NCBI RefSeq assembly: GCF_045120835.1 | Contig: NZ_JBGVFE010000064.1 | Span: 9,131-41,130 of the forward strand | Direction of reading: 5' to 3' | Source: Methanobrevibacter sp. | Lineage (GTDB): Archaea > Methanobacteriota > Methanobacteria > Methanobacteriales > Methanobacteriaceae | Length of the DNA: 32,000 nt | Part shown: positions 28,053-32,000 of the stretch, one piece after another | Numbering within the stretch: position 1 is the stretch's first letter | How the letters are laid out: each line of letters begins with the position of its first letter | Program-made: the position numbers and the translations under genes | Notes under the pieces: generated by a model | What the model was told of the DNA's origin: nothing | Seen by the model: only the letters and a program-made list of their open reading frames with translations | The model's database searches: none

Positions 28053-28074
28053 TCGACATTTTTATATTTTTTTC
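28024..28074 (+). terminator. Hairpin spanning the stop codon plus oligo-T after paralogue 1
   Basis: An 8-bp stem ATGTCGAT/ATCGACAT (28024-28031/28052-28059) is followed by TTTTATATTTTTTT. A second 8-bp palindrome TTATGTAA/TTACATAA lies at 28080-28103. Confidence 0.35.
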
Positions 28075-28168
28075 ACCAGTTATGTAAAATATTTATTACA
28101 TAATATGTTAACCTTATTTAATGGTGTTGATATATCTATAATTAATATGGATTATAGGTGTTATTAAT

Positions 28169-30661
28169 ATGGCTCAGGAAAGCACACAGGTTGAAAATCG
28201 AAATCGGGATTCTAATTTAAGTCATTATATTACTAATTTTTTTGACATGGTTGAATTGTATGATGATAAAATCGAATTTAAGGATAATCATGGAAAAACC
28301 CATTTTCATGATTATAAAGGTCTTTTAAAAGCATCAATTGATGTTTTTTTAGAATATGAATCATCATATACAGCTTATGAAGTTTATGAAACATTTTTAA
28401 TGATTTATCAAATCACTCCAGAGGACAAAAGTGAAGTTGATGAAAACAGTCCTAAAATTCTCATAAGTGAACCAAATAATCTTCTTGATTTGGTCAATAT
28501 CATGAGAAAATATGAAAAAAACACAGGCGATTTAATAGACAGGCAAAGGGATCATTTCATTCACTCCGTCAATGTATTCATTTTGGGTTTGGCGATTTAT
28601 GCTCAAAATGAAAATTATCGCAGATTCTTTAAAAACTATATTGTGGGCAATAAAAACTATACAAAATATTTCAGGGATAAAAAGAACAACAACGAATTTT
28701 CCCATGAGGAATTTTTATATCGTTGGGGAATTGCAGCTCTGTTCCATGATATAGGTTATCCATTTGAGATTATTGGAAAACAATTAAATAAGGTTATTGA
28801 TGAGACCGTTGAATCTATTTCCGTCAGTTATGATGTTAAGGCCAATATTGACTTTAGGGATTTCAATGAATTCAACTCCATTGTTAAATACTATCCATAT
28901 GATTATGCAGATAACTTTAGAAACACCTATGGACGTACAAAGATTCTGGATCTGTTCAAACCTACAGACATTATGGCTCATAAGATTGCTTTGGACTTTA
29001 ATCTTAATGATAATGAATTCAAACAGTTGGTTAAACATCTGAATGGATTTGTAAAAGACATGACTGCCAATGGCTTTATAGACCACGGATACTTCTCAGC
29101 CATTTTGTTATTGAATTCATATGGTAAACTGATTCAAAAGTATGCTAATAAAAATAATGATTTCTTCTTCTATCCTATCGTAGACAGTGCAACGGCTATT
29201 TTGCTACATAACTATTACAATAAAACTTTGCAGGATGAAGACAAACCATTCAATCTTGGAAAATTGGATCCGGAAGATTCCCCTATTTCATACCTTCTGA
29301 TATTATGTGATGAACTTCAGGAGTGGAACAGGCGTCCTTACGGTATTTTGGATAAACAGAAAAATCATGTAAATGATTTTGAAGTTGAAATATCCGACAA
29401 ATATTTCAATGTAACCTACATTTTAAAAAATGGGTCTATGGGTCTTGGCTTTGAAGAGGATAAGGAAAAGTTCATTAAAGATGTTTTAAATATTAGGAAA
29501 GTATTTTCCAGAAGTTTAACAATTAATCCCGAAGTTGTTTTAGATGATGTTCAAAGAGAAATCCTGATGGATAATATTCAATCTCCAGATGTGCTTTTGA
29601 GAAATATAGAGCGATTGGCTATAGAAGTTAATGAACAATACAATCAATCTCTCAAACAACAGCTAGAACAGGCCAAAAAGGATAATGATGATGAAAATAT
29701 CAAAAAATATGAGGAAAAGATAGCTCGGGCATGTGATTTTGAAGATTTGCCTGCAAGCTTAAAAATGTCAAATATCCGTCAGGCAAAGTCCATTCCAAAA
29801 AAATTGAGCATGATTGGTTGTGAAATAGCTCATAAAACTGAAGAGGAAATGGCGGATACAAAAGATTGGGAAGTTAAAGTAAAGGAATTTGAAGACAAAA
29901 TTGAAGACAATAGGCCTCCTATTGAAAAAGAAGAGGAATCCTTTGAGGATTTCAAAAAAAGGCAGGAACTGCTTGAACGGGATGGCAAGATTGTAAGGGT
30001 CATAAGATTTAGTTCAGACGATATTGATGATTTGGCCATTTATGAACATAGGGACTGGTGCAGGGAAAGAAGGGGTACCGGTTGGATTCATGATGAAGAC
30101 AATGATGACAGAATCAATAAAGTCAATCCAAATCTGGTTAAATGGGAAGAGCTTGATGAACCGACTAAACAGTTTGATAGGGATGCCATCAGTAACATTC
30201 CAAAACTTTTGGATAAAATTGGCCTAAAAGTTATCAGAAGCCGCCTCAGGTCATTGACTTATAAGATGAATCAGTTTTATGAGACAGGTAAATTGGACAG
30301 CAATTCCAGTGGTGAAGAAGATTTTAAGAGTTTGGATAAACATATTCAGTTCTCTAATTTAAAACAGGCAGACCACTTAGTTAAAATATTAAAACATAAG
30401 GGATATGAATTGGTTTCTATAAATGATTCCGGCGATCCTATTGATGGTTTTTCAAAGGATGAAATAAATCACTTTGCTAAAATGATGCATGAAAGTTGGT
30501 ATAAACTTAAACTCAATTTGGACCAGACTACAAGTAAAAATTTTGTTGAATGGGATAAGCTTAGGGAAGAGGTTAAGGAGGATAATAGGAATACCTTCAG
30601 ATATCTTCCTGAAATGTGTAAGGATGAGTATGTTGGTTTGAAAATCGTTAAGAACGAATAG
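28169..30661 (+). CDS. HD-domain protein with C-terminal RyR-like repeats, paralogue 2 (with a charged insertion and a degenerate last repeat)
   Basis: It is collinear with paralogue 1 through QRDHFIHSVNVFILGLAIY, LFHDIGYPFE, IDHGYFSAILLLNSYG, FFFYPIVDSATAILLHNYY and LLILCDELQEWNRRP. It also shares MSNIRQAKSIPKKLSMIGCE and LAIYEHRDWCRERRGTGW. Confidence 0.8.
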   Translation: MAQESTQVENRNRDSNLSHYITNFFDMVELYDDKIEFKDNHGKTHFHDYKGLLKASIDVFLEYESSYTAYEVYETFLMIYQITPEDKSEVDENSPKILISEPNNLLDLVNIMRKYEKNTGDLIDRQRDHFIHSVNVFILGLAIYAQNENYRRFFKNYIVGNKNYTKYFRDKKNNNEFSHEEFLYRWGIAALFHDIGYPFEIIGKQLNKVIDETVESISVSYDVKANIDFRDFNEFNSIVKYYPYDYADNFRNTYGRTKILDLFKPTDIMAHKIALDFNLNDNEFKQLVKHLNGFVKDMTANGFIDHGYFSAILLLNSYGKLIQKYANKNNDFFFYPIVDSATAILLHNYYNKTLQDEDKPFNLGKLDPEDSPISYLLILCDELQEWNRRPYGILDKQKNHVNDFEVEISDKYFNVTYILKNGSMGLGFEEDKEKFIKDVLNIRKVFSRSLTINPEVVLDDVQREILMDNIQSPDVLLRNIERLAIEVNEQYNQSLKQQLEQAKKDNDDENIKKYEEKIARACDFEDLPASLKMSNIRQAKSIPKKLSMIGCEIAHKTEEEMADTKDWEVKVKEFEDKIEDNRPPIEKEEESFEDFKKRQELLERDGKIVRVIRFSSDDIDDLAIYEHRDWCRERRGTGWIHDEDNDDRINKVNPNLVKWEELDEPTKQFDRDAISNIPKLLDKIGLKVIRSRLRSLTYKMNQFYETGKLDSNSSGEEDFKSLDKHIQFSNLKQADHLVKILKHKGYELVSINDSGDPIDGFSKDEINHFAKMMHESWYKLKLNLDQTTSKNFVEWDKLREEVKEDNRNTFRYLPEMCKDEYVGLKIVKNE

Positions 30662-30899
30662 TTTACTTATTTGTTCTTCCTATTTTTTTAACCGAATAGC
30701 TCAACATCAATTAGTTGGGATTTAATGTGACTCGGCATCAATTATTTTAACACTTACCATCTCCACTTCTATTTTAATAATTCATATTTTCATTTTAGAC
30801 ACGTTGCTTATTTCAATCACAATGTTGTGCATGATGCATGTAGTCAAATCTTAAAAATTTAAAAAGAATGCATGATAAATAGATACATAAGTGATTATT

Positions 30900-31706
30900 A
30901 TGTCTAAAGAATGGGAAGATATTAAGGTCAACAGACGAAAAGGGGATAAGGCAGTTTTTGAATCTCCATTGGTTCAATCAATATATGATAGAATTGGATA
31001 TTTGCGAGAAGAGACTACCGATATACTAAGAGAAATGGATTCAACTGAATTCAAACAGCGCATTGACGAATTTGATATTGAGGAGTTTGGTGAAAATGCA
31101 ATTGAGCAGTTTTCAGATATTGCATATGATTTGTCAAGCTTCAAGGATGAGGTCATTTCTAGAGAAGATGTCCCGGACATTTTGAAAAAAACTTCAAAAG
31201 ATGCAAAAGTTGCTTTAAATCGTGATGAAATGTATTTAAGACAAGCAAAAAGAAAATTGGATAGATTTGATGAGGGGTTGGCAACTAACGGGTATGATTT
31301 AAATACTCGTGTTATTGGTCTTTGCGACAAGTCAATTTATTTAAATTCTGAAAATCACGAGGCATATTATCTAAAAGGGTTGGCGCTTATCAACTTAAAA
31401 AATTATGACGAAGCAATTGAAGAATTAATCAACTGTTTGGCTTTAAATGAAGAATATATTGATGCAAGATTGGCAATTGCAAAGGCAAATAGATTAAACA
31501 AGGATTATGAGGATGCAATAAGTGTATATGATTCTGTTTTAAGAATGGATGACGATTCATTTGAGGCCTTCAAAGGTAAAGCCTATACCTATTATGATTG
31601 GGAGAAATATGGAGAAGCCAGTAATTTCTTCAAAAAAGCAAATTCAATAGAATTTTTGGATGAGGAATCCCAAAAAATGTGGGATGAGTGTTTAGGATTT
31701 GATTAA
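30900..31706 (+). CDS. TPR-repeat protein
   Basis: C-terminal 34-aa repeats read AYYLKGLALINLKNYDEAIEELINCLALN, ARLAIAKANRLNKDYEDAISVYDSVLRMD and AFKGKAYTYYDWEKYGEASNFFKKA. I prefer the ATG at 30900 over the GTG at 30891. Confidence 0.75.
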   Translation: MSKEWEDIKVNRRKGDKAVFESPLVQSIYDRIGYLREETTDILREMDSTEFKQRIDEFDIEEFGENAIEQFSDIAYDLSSFKDEVISREDVPDILKKTSKDAKVALNRDEMYLRQAKRKLDRFDEGLATNGYDLNTRVIGLCDKSIYLNSENHEAYYLKGLALINLKNYDEAIEELINCLALNEEYIDARLAIAKANRLNKDYEDAISVYDSVLRMDDDSFEAFKGKAYTYYDWEKYGEASNFFKKANSIEFLDEESQKMWDECLGFD

Positions 31707-31715
31707 ATATTATTT

Positions 31716-32000
31716 CTACACATCATCTGATTGGGAATTCAGGGTATTGAAATAATATCCTTTTAGGGCCAATAGCTCTTCATGTGTTCCCTGTTCGATT
31801 ATTTTGCCATTGTCAATGACAATTATCTTGTCGGCATTTTTAATTGTTGATAATCTATGGGCTATGATAAAGCTTGTACGATTTTCCATCACTTTGTCCA
31901 TAGCCTTTTGAATCAATTTTTCAGTCATTGTATCAACGCTGGATGTTGCTTCATCTAAAATCATCACCTGCTTTTTGGATAAGATTGTTCTTGCAATTGT
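31716..32000 (-). CDS. ABC exporter ATP-binding domain, C-terminal end only (gene continues beyond the window)
   Basis: The reverse strand stays open to nt 32000 ([12 protein letters not shown] precedes MILDEATSS). It carries Walker B ILDEATS, the H-loop IIAHRLSTI and a GTHEELL tail typical of MsbA/MdlB-type exporters. Confidence 0.85.
   Translation of the reverse strand, partial: TIARTILSKKQVMILDEATSSVDTMTEKLIQKAMDKVMENRTSFIIAHRLSTIKNADKIIVIDNGKIIEQGTHEELLALKGYYFNTLNSQSDDV

Noticed and set aside
30700-30747. A direct repeat CTCnnCATCAATTAnTT (30700-30716 and 30731-30747, 31-bp spacing) downstream of paralogue 2.
   Set aside because: There are only two imperfect copies in AT-rich intergenic DNA, with no dyad symmetry or associated regulator. 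This is not distinguishable from chance without comparative data.

Overview
Low-GC archaeal chromosomal segment. Gene content and order are typical of Methanobacteriales, most like Methanobrevibacter (pseudomurein-binding adhesin-like protein, HMf-type histone, GGTG-type Shine-Dalgarno sites). From 1 to 6.5 kb: a surface protein with a transglutaminase-like core, a DtxR-type repressor, endA, trpS, a SpoIIM-like membrane protein and thrC. From 6.8 to 14.4 kb: a histone gene followed by the conserved archaeal translation/transcription superoperon (L7Ae-S28e-L24e-ndk-aIF5B-S6e-aIF2gamma-PIN-Rpo7-Spt4-DUF359-S24e-S27ae). Three of its genes (L24e, Spt4, S27ae) are missing from the supplied ORF track and were read from the sequence. 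The L7Ae leader carries a consensus k-turn next to the SD. From 14.5 to 20.9 kb: argH, a KH/PP-loop protein, an aldo-keto reductase with an Fe-S domain, metY, a small hypothetical protein and a YqhA-family membrane protein. The standout region is 21.2-30.7 kb, a co-directional cluster encoding a wHTH-FHA protein, a 1170-aa Hanks kinase-Hsp70 fusion, a 43-aa micro-ORF, and two tandem paralogous proteins with an N-terminal HD motif set and C-terminal RyR-like repeats. I know of no characterised system with this composition. I flag it as a candidate phospho-signalling or conflict system. A TPR protein and the 3' end of an ABC exporter gene close the window. No rRNA, tRNA, CRISPR array or transposase was seen. 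All domain calls rest on motifs read by eye and need profile or structure searches.
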